Source: Dicyema japonicum | Taxonomy: Eukaryota; Animalia; Dicyemida | Direction: 5' to 3' | NCBI GenBank assembly: GCA_011109175.1 | Contig: RDEW01000013.1 | Coordinates: forward strand, 289,476-353,475 | DNA length: 64,000 nt | Shown here: in pieces, positions 12,754 through 26,179 of the stretch | Layout: each line of letters begins with the position of its first letter | How positions within the stretch are numbered: the first letter of the stretch is position 1 | Notes under the pieces: generated by a model | The model's input: the letters and a program-made list of their open reading frames with translations, nothing else | What the model was told of the DNA's origin: nothing | The model's database searches: none | Translations under genes and position numbers: made by a program

Positions 12754-14268
12754 ATGTTCATTGTGGTCCTCTGCTTATTTCCGTTTCTTCCCGGTCAATC
12801 ACAGAGCCAGTGCCAAACACTGAGAGTTCCGATTTGTAAGTCAATGAACTATAATTTGACTTTCCTACCAAACATGTTTGGACACAATACACAGGAGGAG
12901 ATCATGGATAAAATTGCTAGCTTTTCTGAATTTCTTCGATCAAACTGCTCCCCCTTTAGTATAGAATTTGTTTGCACCACTCTTGCCCCAATGTGCACTA
13001 AAAAGGTGATCCACCGTTTATCATGTTTGTAGATTGACAAAACATATGTGCTGATCCCCTGTCGTTCTTTATGCGAGAGAGTACAGTCAGACTGCCTTTC
13101 CACCATCCAACATTTAAATTTTGATTGGTCGAGTTACTTTTCATGCGAAAAATTCAAATATCAGAACGAATCTCTATGCATTCACAACGAATATCTCGAT
13201 TCTACTAAGAGAAGGACCGTTCCATTAAAACCCTCTGAAAAGTGTCCTCAAAACACCGTGAGAGTGAAAACTGAAAAGGGGGAAGAGTGTATGAATTCAT
13301 GTGGATTTGCCGAATGTAATACTGAGTTCTACAAGGAAATGGCTGATTGTACTCTCAGTCTTATCATGTCTTTTCTGTTTATTCTCCTTTGTTGGATTAT
13401 TGATTGAACGAACAAAGCTGGAGTACCCAGAAAAGCCTATGCTGTTTGTTGTTTCTTCAATATTTCTCTACTCGTTGTTCTACTTCATAATCGCTATCAT
13501 GGTGAGGGAGTTGGCCTTTTGCAAGGAAAATGAAATGGACTACTATATGAGGTCACGGGTGAAATTCAGTGTATTGTTATTTATTTTCTACAACACTTCT
13601 TTCTATTCTCTTCACAGATGTGGTCCCTGATTTTGGCAATTTCCTGGTTTCTTTCTTCCTCCCATAAATGGGGACAGGAAAGCATAAACAAATCAACAAG
13701 TGTGTTCCACTTGTCGGCTTGGCTGATCCCTGCTTTGTATTCCATGTCCGGAGTTTTTGCCAAAGTAGTTTCGACTAACAAGGTCACCGGTATGTGTCAG
13801 GTCGACGAACTTATGGGAACTGGGTTTTCCTTTTCCGTTATTCCGTTTTTACTGGTTTCGTTTTTTACCATAATATTTTTGTCTCTCGGAATCCGAGATC
13901 TCAAGAAAACCAGAAAGCATCTTACGTATGGTGGTCACGATACTACAAATCTAACCAACACATTGAGAAAATTCACTATTTTTACCATTTTGTATTCACT
14001 AATCTCCATTTTCGGATCCCTGCTTAAAATTATCCACTTTTTGTTGAGAACCGAAAATACCGAACCTGAATTATTGCATTTTTTGATCCCCGGCATTGAA
14101 ATTGGACTGAACTTTTGTTTCGGGATGATCAGCTCAATGTGGCTTTGTGGTCCATTCTGTTTGGTGACTCTTTATTACCGAATGAGGATTTCTTTAGCAT
14201 CAAATTATCTCCATTCAGTACATTGTATAAATAATAACGGTAAAACATCACAAAGCTTTTCTAAATAA
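12754..14268 (+). CDS. FZD: Frizzled-family receptor (signal peptide, 10-Cys CRD, 7TM); one 27-nt intron and two apparent 1-nt frameshifts
   Basis: CRD CQTLRVPICK...PCRSLCERVQSDC...W...C, plus YPEKP, MWSLILAISWFLSSSHKWGQESI and FHLSAW. Intron 13006-13032. Frame changes near 13301 and 13533. Confidence 0.92.
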
Positions 14269-15049
14269 TATAAATTTAACATTTTATTTTTTAATTATGG
14301 TTATTAGTAAATCTGTTGGTGGGGCACTTCTACCTTTGTCCTTTTGTTGTTAGTACAGACAAGGTGGAGAATAGGGAACATGGGAATCTGAAGTTTTTTA
14401 CAAAGGTAGTTTCGAATGAAGTAAGATTGTCCGGTCCAATTTGGGGGTTATCTGCTAATAATCATTATAAATTCTAGTAAAACTGTTCTCCTTTATGGAT
14501 TAGCTGATCGGCAGCTTGCAGAACTGATGAAGAATGAGCTTAGAATGACATATGACTTTTTGAGAACATTGGGTTCGTGATAACGAGGAATAATTCCCAT
14601 CTCCTGATTAATTCCTACCGTAAGAGACCTTGTCCTGAAAATTGACTTTTAATATATTGGATAATTTTAGTTAACATCAAGGTAAGACAAAATGTCACTT
14701 GTATTTTCTGAATTTAAATATTTCCTAGCTTTTACAAGAAATGATAAAGGGAGACCTGAGGATGACTATTAATGACAAGAGTACTGTGGATTCACTAGCA
14801 AAATCAGTAATTTATTTTGAAGGCAATATGGTTGATACTGAATAGATCAGTTATCCTAGTGGTCGAGTTGGTGATGTAGCTCCGCTTTAATATGAAATGA
14901 CTCTACTGAAATGTCTTCATATCCATTTTCCCTTAATAGACTCAAAAGACTCGGAACTCCTATTTTTTTGAAATAAAGAAACATCAAACATCAAATATCC
15001 CCCATCTAAATGCCATATGCTCCAAATTGGAGGAAATTGGAGAAATCTG

Positions 15050-15630
15050 CCCGGAGAAGCTCTGTTCTCTATCTTCACTTATTTAACTAGAGTAACATCC
15101 AATGCCGGGATAACACGAAAAAAGATCATTTTCCCACAACTTAATTGGAGGGGTTCTCATAACTGCAAGGACTGAACGTTTTCTCCACTTTCCGTTGGTT
15201 CTGAATGGACTTTTGTTACAAGATATCTCTGTTTTTGCGGCCATGCAAACTGAATCCATTCAAGTAAAGGAAACTGGTGGCTGACACAAACGTAATTACG
15301 AATGATACATGTTCCCAGAGATTCTAAAGGTTGATCCCATGCGGAAAAGACACAAAAGACCAGGACAAGAAAGAGGTGATCTGTCCCGTAATCATTAAGT
15401 GTATATGAAAGGTAGAGTGGCGACTTTGATTGTCCTGTCTTGTACAGGTAGGTGTTGAGACCCGCGTGGTGACCGCAGCAGCGGGGCGCCAAATTCACCC
15501 GAAATTCACGAGCAAAAGAAGATTCACTGACATCGATGCCCGGTAGAGGCGACCAAGAAGCTTGTTTAATCCTAGTTTTTGGATCACATAGGTTTTCATG
15601 TGGGGCACTTGCTGGAGAAACTACATACAA
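15050..15630 (-). mobile_element. LINE 3' fragment: C-terminal domain plus hairpin 3' UTR
   Basis: GHHAGLNTYLYKTGQSKSPL...DHLFL resembles the I/LOA/R1-type C-terminal domain and runs into the shared 3' UTR. Confidence 0.65.
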
Positions 15631-16521
15631 TTGTAACCAACACCCACCTTCTCTCCCATGCCAAGCAATTATTTATTTAGTTTCTGGGCCAAGCTTACGA
15701 TTCCATTTCCTTCTATTCAATTATTTGTTAACTACGATTAATAAATTGGAGGAACAAATGTGTATTTAATACAAAGAATCGCTGATAAATTAGGAGGGAA
15801 TACATGGCCATCAGCTGATCCCGGCCTCCATAAGCTTAAGTAAGTAACCCTCACTAACTTTTGAGACCAGCAGCTATTAAGTAGGACGCTATAAATGTCG
15901 TTCGCTCCCATAGATTGGTCAACTTTGGTATGGTGGGCGAACAGTGCACTAATTACATTCAAAAAGGTTATGACGTCATTATTGAAATATTCAAAGACAA
16001 TGTATAATCCCTTGTATTGCTTTCTGTTATTTCATTCAGTAAACACAACAAAATTAAAAATTAAAGATTGACTATCTGCAATCATACTTAATAATATCCT
16101 TTTTCTATTCTTTCTTGGGGGACATATGCAGATTCAAGTTGTTAGAGTTATTCGCTTCTCATGGATACCTACCATTTCAGTGCAAATCTAACAGCAAACT
16201 ATATTATTAAAATAGTGTCTATGTTGATTTCTTTTACAACAAATGTATATTTTTAATGGTATCAACGATTTACGTTTCTATTCCCTTTCCTCTTCTTCCA
16301 TTGTTCCACTAGAGTGACGTCATGTGATCCACCCGTCTCAGATGGCGTGGAAGAGTAGCATGAAAAATCATTTGCTCTCCCTCACTCCACTGTAAGGTTC
16401 CCAAAATTGAGCCAATTAGGTCTTTTCACCAAAATTTGTTTAAATCGAATATTCTGAAAATGTGAATAGTTTTTCCGACTGATTATTATAATTGATTGGA
16501 GTGCTTGCCTATAGCTTAGGA

Positions 16522-18353
16522 CAGAGATTGTCAAACGGTGTGCCGCCAGCCAAATACAAATTTGAATAAATGGCTCCTAGCAAACTAAATAGACATTTTA
16601 CTTCCAAGCATCGGACTATTCCAAAAAATCTGTGGATTATTTTATGCATTTGAAAAAACAACACAAGTATTATTTAGTTTTTACTATGTATTGTAGATCT
16701 AGTCTATGTTGTTTGTGATACTTTTGTGAGCTAACGGAATCATTGAAATGTTCATATCTGAATTCTGAATTGATAGCAAAAGAACTGAAACCTCATACCA
16801 TTGCGAAAACTTGATAATCCTTTACTTGTGTCACAGTCAGAACTGTGATCTGTGAAAGAAAATGAAAAACTTATTGAACTGTTTAATGATCCATAAAATT
16901 AATTTTTCTACGCTGCATAATATGAAATATAACAAACGGGACAATTTGAAAAATATTGATTCAGAAATGTGAGTGGCGTGTCAACTATTCCACCAGATTT
17001 ATTTATTTTTATTATTAGAACCAAGAATCACCGAAAAAACAAAGGAGAGTAAGGGCCATCAGGTGATCCCGGCCTCCTTGAGCAGCCGCCTCTCGGTGTT
17101 CCTCCCTAGTGCCGACACATTTCCAGTGTGTACGAATGACTTTTTGGAGGCTTAGAGGTTTTGAAAGAGCTCCCATATTCCTCACGAGTTTCTCGAACAG
17201 GTTGGTTTTAATATCGAGGAAGATCTTTGTAGGTTTTTTGTTACTGTCTTTTGGAAGGAGTTTAATTTCTTTAGGTTGGTATGGGATATGTTAGAACCCC
17301 AAGCCGCGCAGCAGTAGCTGATTGACGGAAGTATATATTGGTAGTAGAAATGATCTACTGTTGGGTGGAACCATCTCTTGTAGTATCCAAGTAGTGTTTT
17401 TACAAATTTTAATTTTCGTTGAGAAGAGGAGATTATGTTGCTCACATGTTTGCTGAAGGTCATTAGTGGGTCATATGTGACCCCCATAGTTTGGTTAATG
17501 TGAAGAGAATTGTTATCTCATTTAAGGTCAATGAAGGCGCCGAGTTAGTCAATCTCTATTGGAAGTAAAGATCATAGAGTACGACTTTTCATGACTTGTG
17601 TGTAATCGGTTCCTCGTAAGCTAACAGTTCAGGTTATCCGTGAATCTTGTAAACGTGTACCCGCTGTGTGGATGCATTGGTCTCTTGTTCCCATGTTTAA
17701 GTCGTCGGCGTAAGCAAGGAATAAGGTATCGTCGCAGCTGTAGGATGGCATGTCGCTCATGAATAGATTGAATAGAATGGGAGAGAAGGGGATCTTTGCG
17801 GGACCCCGTTCGTAGAAATTTAGTGAATGAAGATGTGGAATGGGAACTTACTCTTCGTCCGTTTAGGAAGTTAGCGAGCCGAATTTTCAGGTTGTTCGGA
17901 ATGTTAGAGTCATAAATCTTCCTAGTGAGCAGTTTCCTCGATATCGAGTCAAAAGCCTTCTGTATATTAATGGAACACATTATGGTCTTTTGTTGCCGAG
18001 GTTTGCGTTGAAGGCTTTTCTTGATGAATTTTGTCAAACAAGTAAGGTGGGTAGTGGTGGAACAATCCTTCTTAAATCCATGTTGGAAGGATACGTCCGG
18101 GAGATATTGATGATATATGCAATAAAATAATAAAGTGTATTTCATTTTTTTAATTTATACTTTTTCAGTGAATCATGATTCAATTACCAATTGTCGCTCC
18201 ATAATTTATTGTTGTTTTATATTAATTTGCTCATTTAATTACCAATTTTTGTCCTCACTTTACTTATCCGAAAAAAATAATTTTTTATTTTTAATGTGTG
18301 CCGTGAAATACTTTTATTAGTGTGCCGCGAGAATTATTTTCTGAAAACCTCTG
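16522..18353. mobile_element. Non-autonomous hAT (Charlie-like) element with perfect 8-bp TSD
   Basis: Left end CAGAGATTGTCAAACGGTGTGCCGC and right end GTGTGCCGCG...GAAAACCTCTG. TSD GCTTAGGA at 16514-16521 and 18354-18361. Confidence 0.85.
17000..18130 (-). mobile_element. 5'-truncated LINE nested in the hAT element
   Basis: QHGFKKDCSTTTHL, INIQKAFDSI, GVTYDPLMTF and YCCAAW. Same family as 29800-32530, with an A-rich tail at ~17000. Confidence 0.82.
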
Positions 18354-19219
18354 GCTTAGGAGTTAACTGTAAGTCAGTTCCCTCTCGCCACATTCGAGGC
18401 AGTCTTCTCTTCTCATCCAATGTCCTCAGAACCAACTATACAGGTTACAAAAGTTGGTTGGAAATAGAAATGAACTCTTCCTCAGCCATCTTCGTTTGTG
18501 TTCATTACCATACTTCATCAGTTTTCTCTAATTATTAAAAGTCATCATTGCTTCTCCCCCATAGATAACTTATTATTCATGGAAGACATGAGGCAACTTA
18601 GCTCATAATCAGCGATATAGTCTCCAACCCAATAAAAATAATAAAATTCCATAGAAAAAATTTAAATCAATAGTGACATTGATTGAAAATTTAGCTTAAT
18701 AGTCAACGTGTACCAACTCACTTTTTCCCTCAAACATCGTCGTAACACGAGATTCAGACATAGAGAATACCGTATCCCCGCGTTTCAACCTTTTTTCGTA
18801 TCACCATATAAAAAAATTTCCCCCAATAATTTATCGATTCTCTGACCAAATTGTGTTTGTTTCACAATGGATATCGCATGTTGGCATTTTTGTCTTAAAA
18901 ATTCATAAACACACAATGTTTGTCCACCATGGCTATTATCTGTTCCAGAGACTATAGACAAGATTTTAATTTGTTAAAAATTGAAAATCTTGTTGTGTCG
19001 TTTTAGTTACGTTAAAAGTAACAATTAATTATTCCTAACATCGTTACTGATTGGAATAGTTTTTAGTAATTCGGGAGATTCCCTTAGGGGAAAATGTTTT
19101 ATAGACATTTCTACGCGGGGAAATATAACACTCTCCCATTAGAAAGTTGCATGCTATATTATTTAATTATAAATATTTTATAATTAAAAAATCGCCTCCT
19201 GAAAGAAAAAAATCGCCCC

Positions 19220-19235
19220 TCGTTGAGAAACACTG
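19220..19235. repeat. Isolated hAT-like terminal repeat
   Basis: CGTTGAGAAACACTG (reverse complement CAGTGTTTCTCAACG) is typical of hAT ends. No partner end found. Confidence 0.4.
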
Positions 19236-19492
19236 CTGAGCCTGATGATTGTAATAAAATCGAAATTTTTCGTACAAATATTTATGTCTAAGGCACACTA
19301 GCAATTAAAAATGTTTCTAATAACATCAAAAAAATGCTCGAAGCAACATCCAAATGAGATAAATAGTGGCCATAAAGTGACCACAAAAATAAACCTTAAA
19401 AATATTTTAAATAATAAAATAAAAATAAATATATGATCAAAATAATTAAAATTAATTTTAAAATAATTAACAAATTTCGTATTAACGGCTAT

Positions 19493-20545
19493 ATGGGCAG
19501 AGAAAGATTATGCGACATAAACGTAAGCTCCTTATAATTGAAGGGATCCAACAATCCCTTTACCCCCGCCTCCGAACCCAATGTGACCACTGGAATGTCT
19601 GGATTTTTCTCCCAGGTTTTCTACTATGTAATCAGCAGTCTAACCAATGTAAGGATTTGTTGTCAAAAATGGAGGAAAAAATAGAATTGGTCAAAAAGCA
19701 GCAAAAACAGATGCTCACCTCCAGTCAAAGCGACGAAGGTTTTTATTCCTCTTACTTTGGAAGACGTCAAAGATCAAATGAACAAAACAATGGTAGAAAT
19801 CAAAGGGATAGCCAGTCAAGTCAAAAATCTCCTTAAATGTATATTTTTTTCCTTAAATTAAGCGATGGATGCAGAGACCAAGGAGACAGAGAGGGACAAC
19901 CCCACGTCGACTGAATTTCGGATTAAACAAACTCAAGTGACTTTTATTATTCATATTTTACAGAATTTTGCAGCTTCCAACCAATTTATTGACTTGATGA
20001 ACATATATAATTTGATCCAATTAGATTACCGCGAAAAATGCAAACGACAAATCCAACGACAACTAAAAATAAGTTGTGTTATTTTTAAACGCTTAGCGGG
20101 AAATTCCGTCGATGAGGTTGAGCTCGAAGAGATGATAAAGTCTGGCAACCCAAAAGTCTTCGCACAGGGAATGGTAGTGGACAGAGACCAGATTCTGTTG
20201 GACGACGTTATCTCTAGACACAACGAGATTCTCAGTCTCGAAAAGAGCATAACTGAAATGGCTGAGCTCTTCACTGACATTGCCTTGCTGGTTGAGACTC
20301 AGGTTCTCTAACTTTCTGTAATAAAGGGCCAAATAATCGACCATATCGGCTTCAATGTAGAGGTGGCAAAGGATTTTACTGAGAAGGCGAGGGAAAATAC
20401 GAAAAAGGCGGTTGCGTTTCAAATAAGTGCCCGTAGAGTTTGGTTGGTGTTTGTAGTTTAGAAAAAAATTATCTGCTTTTTTATTGTGCTAATAATAATT
20501 GTAATAATTGCAATTATCATCGTGTTCACCGTCAAAAAGAACTAG
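19493..20545 (+). CDS. STX1: Syntaxin-1-like plasma-membrane Qa-SNARE, 9 exons
   Basis: Spliced protein includes DYREKCKRQIQRQLKI, ELEEMIKSGNP, RHNEILSLEKSITEMAELF, LVETQ|GQIIDHI and a C-terminal TM helix. Introns 19523-19543, 19616-19635, 19739-19763, 19839-19862, 19937-19963, 20073-20096, 20303-20326 and 20438-20461. Confidence 0.95.
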
Positions 20546-22179
20546 AATTACTGATTTTGAATTTGATATTTTAATTTAGTAAACTTTTATGTAGAATCCC
20601 ACTAAGGAATTGTCTCCACTAGTGAGGTGTCTCGTTCGTTCTACCTGACTCTGATGGCGCTAAATGGGACAATATTACCCTCCCATGTCACTCTCACTAG
20701 GCTTTCCGGAAATTTGTATTTTCCCCGGATAATTATTGAGTTTTATAAGTCCTATAATTTCCCTAAGAAAATATAGTGTTAAAATCTCCCCTCATAGTCA
20801 ACTGGTTGAGCCTTCTCGGAGCAGATTCACAAGAGTCCCTCAAGATAACACCTATATTTTCTATGTTGGATATAACCCCCTAATCGAAGTTTATTTTGTA
20901 ATAAATATGAGTTTTCCCGAAAGAATATTTCATTTGTGGTTTGCTAATTATGCGTGGTTAATAAGCGGACAAATTAAACTCACAGAGACATCAATATGTT
21001 CAAACAGTCTCGTCTTACTCAACAAAGTGGTCACAACAATAATGTGACAATATTGAGAAATCAGAATTGAGTACGTCCTTAAGCCGGAGACTTTCCAATA
21101 CAACATACTAGATTTCTCTCCCCTTGTTCTACTAGATGACGTCATACGATCCACATGTCTAAAAAGACCATTTGCTCTCCTATATTGAGTAATTTTACCA
21201 CAACTATAAGGACTAGGCGTCTTCCTCTATCGTTTATTGGAAGGTCTCTTAGCGTATGTGAAGGAATTAGATACATTTAGTCGTGAGATCATAACTGATA
21301 TTACAATCACTTGTTCGTCACACGTGATCAAATTTAAAAATAATTGATTTACACCCATTTTCAATTATCACAGATTGGCTTTCATCCCTCAAAGTCATCT
21401 TTTTTACTTAAATCATATTAACATTAAATTATATAAGCAAATAGGACAACAACTAGAGGTACTCAAACTGAATGAGAGCTACAATCATGATGGCGAGGTA
21501 ATGGTTTGAAAGGCGTTGCTATGGGTTTCCTCCTCTGTGTTCGTGCGAATCCTCTTTAAAGACTGATGTCGAGACAACTGCAGACATAATAGGAAGCATC
21601 ACCAATTCTAAATATTCTGAGGTTTTTAAAAAATTAAAATGCGTAAATATAATATAAATAAGAATTTTAAACTTAATTGACATAAAATGCCATTAGAACA
21701 TGAAAAAGTATTAAATTTAGCCCAGAAATTACAATACGATATTTTCTGTATTAAAACATTATGATTGATGTTAAGGGACCTATTTTTGTATTTCAACAAC
21801 CAGTCAATAATGTTAAAGCTGTTAAAACTAAAAGAAAAGTCTGGTTGTACAAGTTTTAGAAGTACTTTTGTTTTGGTCAACAGGCTCTTCTTCCGAAACC
21901 TTCAAATATCCTTTCATTATTGTTAAAACCAAAAAATCTCAATCGGCGTTGGACATTAATCCGTCAAAGTTCCTTGATTTTATTTTTTTATTATACGACA
22001 TATTCATGGAACCAATGAGTCGTAGAGATGAGCTTGGATAACTGGGGTCACAACATATCAGTTTTTATTTATAACAGCGTAATAAAATATTCAAACTTAA
22101 GGGACCAAGTAAAATAATTTCTTTCATCAAAATTAACTTCTCTAATGAAGTATAGACTTGACCAGTAATTAAGTGGTTC

Positions 22180-22609
22180 ACTTTAAATACGTCTTCACTT
22201 CGTGGAGTATCGCAGTGGAAGATTAGAATTTCAGTTTATTTTTTGGTAAACTGATTATTTTATTTAACAGGAAGATTCACCATGTGAAACAATTTCCTCA
22301 GTAAATCTCTTGAATTTAAAATCAGCCTTTCCAGATGTTTTGGATGACGTAATCGAAGAGCTATACTTGGCTTATGAAGGGGACATTGATTTAATTTTAG
22401 TAAATCTGAAAAAAAGCCAATTTGATTTTTTGAATAAAACTTTAATTATTCGGACTAATAACACGTTCCTAAATATTATTGAATATTTTGCACTCACTTT
22501 CGATGGTTCTCGTCATCACAATTGGTGGATGCAAGCATGGATATTTCTTCCACTTCCAACTGTCTCAAGTGCCCTTATCTGCAATAGCCCTCACTTATAC
22601 ACGTTGTAA
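22180..22609 (+). CDS. Putative CUE-domain protein, possibly C2+CUE (Tollip-like); 5' exons unresolved
   Basis: LKSAFPDVLDDVIEELYLAYEGDIDLIL resembles a CUE domain. The upstream exon KWFTLN...KIRISVYF resembles a C2 domain end and is joined by a 25-nt GT-AG intron. Confidence 0.4.
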
Positions 22610-23011
22610 CAAAGCATACAAATATTGTTTCACAAATCAATAATAAATTAGTAACTAAAGTAGATTGATTGCGGTGAAATACTACTTTCATGGGAAAATT
22701 TAAGTCCTTCACTATACTCGTTAATACAACTATAGTATTAAAATAAACATATTCCATCACAACGCGTAAGTTCATCTGACAATACCTTAGTATTGACATT
22801 GAAACCATAGGCTTATTGTTAGGAAAAAATGCATAGGAAAAAGAGCTAACTCATTGAGCGTATTTCCTTGCAAATAGTAAGGGCAATGCACTCTGATTCA
22901 TGATAAGATCCACTTATATGACTTTAATTAGTTTTTGTTTTGTTTTAAAAAACTTTTAATATTGAATAAATAAGTAAAGATAAATTGAAAGAAAAAAATG
23001 AATAAAATAAT

Positions 23012-26000
23012 CTATTTCATCATATTCTATGAAAATTATAATAAAAATACAATCGAAAACTTATGGACAATGTCCGAGACTATAGGAAAGATGGCGGTCA
23101 TACTCTGGACTACAATTGTGCGTATATGTTCGGCCATCTCATTATCGGTTTTATACAAACACATGTTCTCTTGAACCTAGACATCACAATAACCAAATAA
23201 CCAATTTGAGAGCATTCGGAATGGAAGTGATTTCAGAGTCAGCAAACAGTTCAATAGCATTCATAATAGTATGGGCATTTCTACAACTATAAACCATTCT
23301 TACCTTCTTAGACAGACAAATGCCGTGTAACAGTAATCCAGGAACTTCCCATAATTGTCTCCAATCATAGTATCCACCATCTCCTTTGTGATTTTCATTT
23401 GAGGAGGCATTGGTTTCGGGTCATTTCCAAATATATAACCAAAATCAATGTGAAACATCCTCCCTGTGATAAACGGACATTCCAAACCTTCATCAGTCAA
23501 CATGAGGTTGTCCAAATGTCGGTCCCCAACTCCAAGAATATGCGTTATAATGGAGTATCCAGCTAAAAATAACAAGAATATTCAACCACAGCTTTTTAAG
23601 TAATTTTCCATTATTTGTTGAGATGTGATCCCATTTGATGACTCGGACACACATCGATTCATGAAATTTGATATAGTTTGATATTCCGTGAGTACAGCAC
23701 CGATGGTTTTCGATTTAATAAACTCAATAAAGCCTAAAACCTGTAAAACACAAACACCGTATTTTCTTGTTAATGGCGATCACTTTGTAGGTGATCAGTT
23801 CCAAATCCAAATTGTCCGTCCCGCAGAATCTGCTGTTGTTAGAAGCAGTTACTTTGTCCATCAAACTTATTAATTTGCAGCATAAACTGATCCTGACGGA
23901 CATCGTCACCTACCTTAACTATAAACTTGTAGTGATTCCTCGTAGAAGTCTCAATCGTAAACAAAGCAGGCATCAGTTTGCTCTGAAAAAATAACCATAG
24001 CAGATAAACCTTAAACAGTCTGACTTCGGGTACAAATTTATGAAAACGAAACAGTGGGGTCCAGTGGCAGGGGGACGTCTGACTCGTTAGAAAATATTAT
24101 CAATCTGATTATTCAGGGCTTTGGTCTAAAATTGAATAAAAATGCAAACTCTGTCATCCCTCCCCAGTCTCAGTCTCGTAGACCTTACAAAATAAGCTTG
24201 TATAAATCATCCACGAAGGTAGATTGCAGGTTAATTACTGAAATCTGGCAGTTTAGTCCGGCATTCTATATTTTAAAATAAATTCATGGAAAATATCAAA
24301 ACTTAGGCAAACCATGGAGAGGGAAATGTCCAGCATTTTAGAGAGACTTCTGAACAGCGCTGAAGAACTTTCCTGTTCGAAATACCTACAAATTACTGCG
24401 AAATTCAACCAGTGGAGATAACTGGCAACAATCACGTCCCGGGAAGCTCTATGGAACAGAAATCGCATCAAATTGGTCTATGTATTAGTTTTGGAAATTC
24501 AACTCCTCGTAAGCTATCCTTTCATTAAAAACCTCATTCTTCTTCGTCGGCCTTCATAAAAGAAGTCATATCGTCAGCAAGCCTAACTTTAGTAAAAACT
24601 CTACCATGACATGGACGATAGTTCGGGTGGAGTGTAATCATGACTTCGAGATCCCCATAGGCCTCATCAATAACCTGATTTGTATCCTCTTTGGGGAAAG
24701 AGTGGACCAGGGGGAGCAAATAAAACGTGAGATCGGTGTTTGAAATCCGCTTAAGTCTCCACACAGCATATCGACGAATAACAGAATTTTTGAATTTTAA
24801 ACAGTGAAAGCGAGTCAGGGGAGACAAAGTCCAACACTGCCATAAGTTGTATTGCCTTGGAGTCCTCCAATTTGTGAGACCACCTGAGAACTTTAATCAG
24901 GGCCTAAATCAATCGAACGACTACATTTGTATTGGATTTCAAGTAATGTCTGTATTTTATAATCAATTTTATTTCCTTTGGCATAATTGGTGTCAAAGGA
25001 AAAGCAGCCAATATTTCCTATAAATTCACTAAATCACACAACTTTTAACTTTTCCTTAATTTTCTGAGTCGGTTGGTGCGCTCTGGCAGAATCCTCGCTA
25101 CGAATAGTAAGTGCGACGCAATGTGCATTTTATCGATCGGACTATCCTATAAATAATCCACTGGTGGTCGATTACCGTGCCGAGATTTGGATCCGAAAAC
25201 ATTTTTCCCACCGAAACTGTTTCTATCGTTCGTTTTAAGTGGAAACAGCTGTGGAGTCAGAAATGTGATTTACTGGTTTATTCACCTCACAGTAAATGAC
25301 TGGATAAAGCGAGTTTTTTGACTGAATGTGGGGGATCTTTATATTCAGGTAAATGTGGCCTGAATTGATCTTCATTTCACTGATTTTGGACTCCATTTTA
25401 GGTTAGAATGATCTTATCAACCCAGTCAAGTCGGAACATTTCGTCGTTGTTGAATTTAGTCAATAACTGGGTTTAATATACACCAACCTTGCCTATTCTA
25501 TCGAACTTTGAAACTTCCTTGTAAGAAGCGAAGAGTTTGGTGGGATCAAAGATCTCTGTCTGCCCCACCAAGTCAAAAACTCCGTTTTTTCAAACAACTG
25601 AAAAATTAATGATTAAAAAAAACCTGTGTTCTTCGAATAAATTTATCAAGAACCAGGAAACTAAAATTTCTTTATTGAAGTTCCCAATCTTATAAAGAAA
25701 AAACACTGCCGTTGTATCAGGAAGAAGCTCACATATTCGCAGGGGAACACAATCCACTCATTCCAGCTATGAGTCAACTAACTCACAAACGCTGTGATTT
25801 GAAGATTTGGCTTGTACGACGCCTTTCTGGCAGGGCAAAATACCACGTGAATGGGAAAAGAGTTGTGTTGTATATGAAATAAGTGGCTCCATGGCTTTGT
25901 CCGTTTCTCGTAGATGTTCAGTTGATAACAAAACTTTTCCAAATTGCCTTCAATAGAAACCTCTAAAACGTCGTCACATTAAATAAACAATTTAATCCTG

Positions 26001-26041
26001 AACTGATCAGTTACATCGTAACTGAAGACAAATTCAACCAT
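23012..26041 (-). CDS. PIK3C3: Class III PI3-kinase Vps34, multi-exon, with apparent frameshifts
   Basis: N-terminal [31 protein letters not shown], helical domain RRYAVWRL and kinase [10 protein letters not shown]...HIDFGY...DPKP. The C-terminus HKFSI|NMMK* aligns with HKFAQYWRK. Confidence 0.93.
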
Positions 26042-26179
26042 TAATTATTGAGTAATTTATTGATTACTTTAATTTAAATTATAAATTTAGTGATTATACA
26101 AAAATAAATAAATCAATTATACATCATATCAGGTGGCTTAACATGTCATAGCTACAATGTTTTTTTTCTGTTTGATTTA

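Larger units (their letters stand above)
16270..18600 (-). mobile_element. LINE 3' fragment (CCHC-like C-terminus plus hairpin 3' UTR) split by a hAT element
   Basis: GHWMRREDCLECGERE at ~18370-18420 continues past the hAT insertion into 16521-16270, which carries the shared 3' UTR. Confidence 0.6.

Noticed and set aside
17060-17085. GGAGGCCGGGATCACCTGA motif resembling 7SL/Alu (also ~15820 and ~54575)
   Set aside because: It is the end of the LINE ORF (GIT*/GIS*), and no further 7SL similarity is present.
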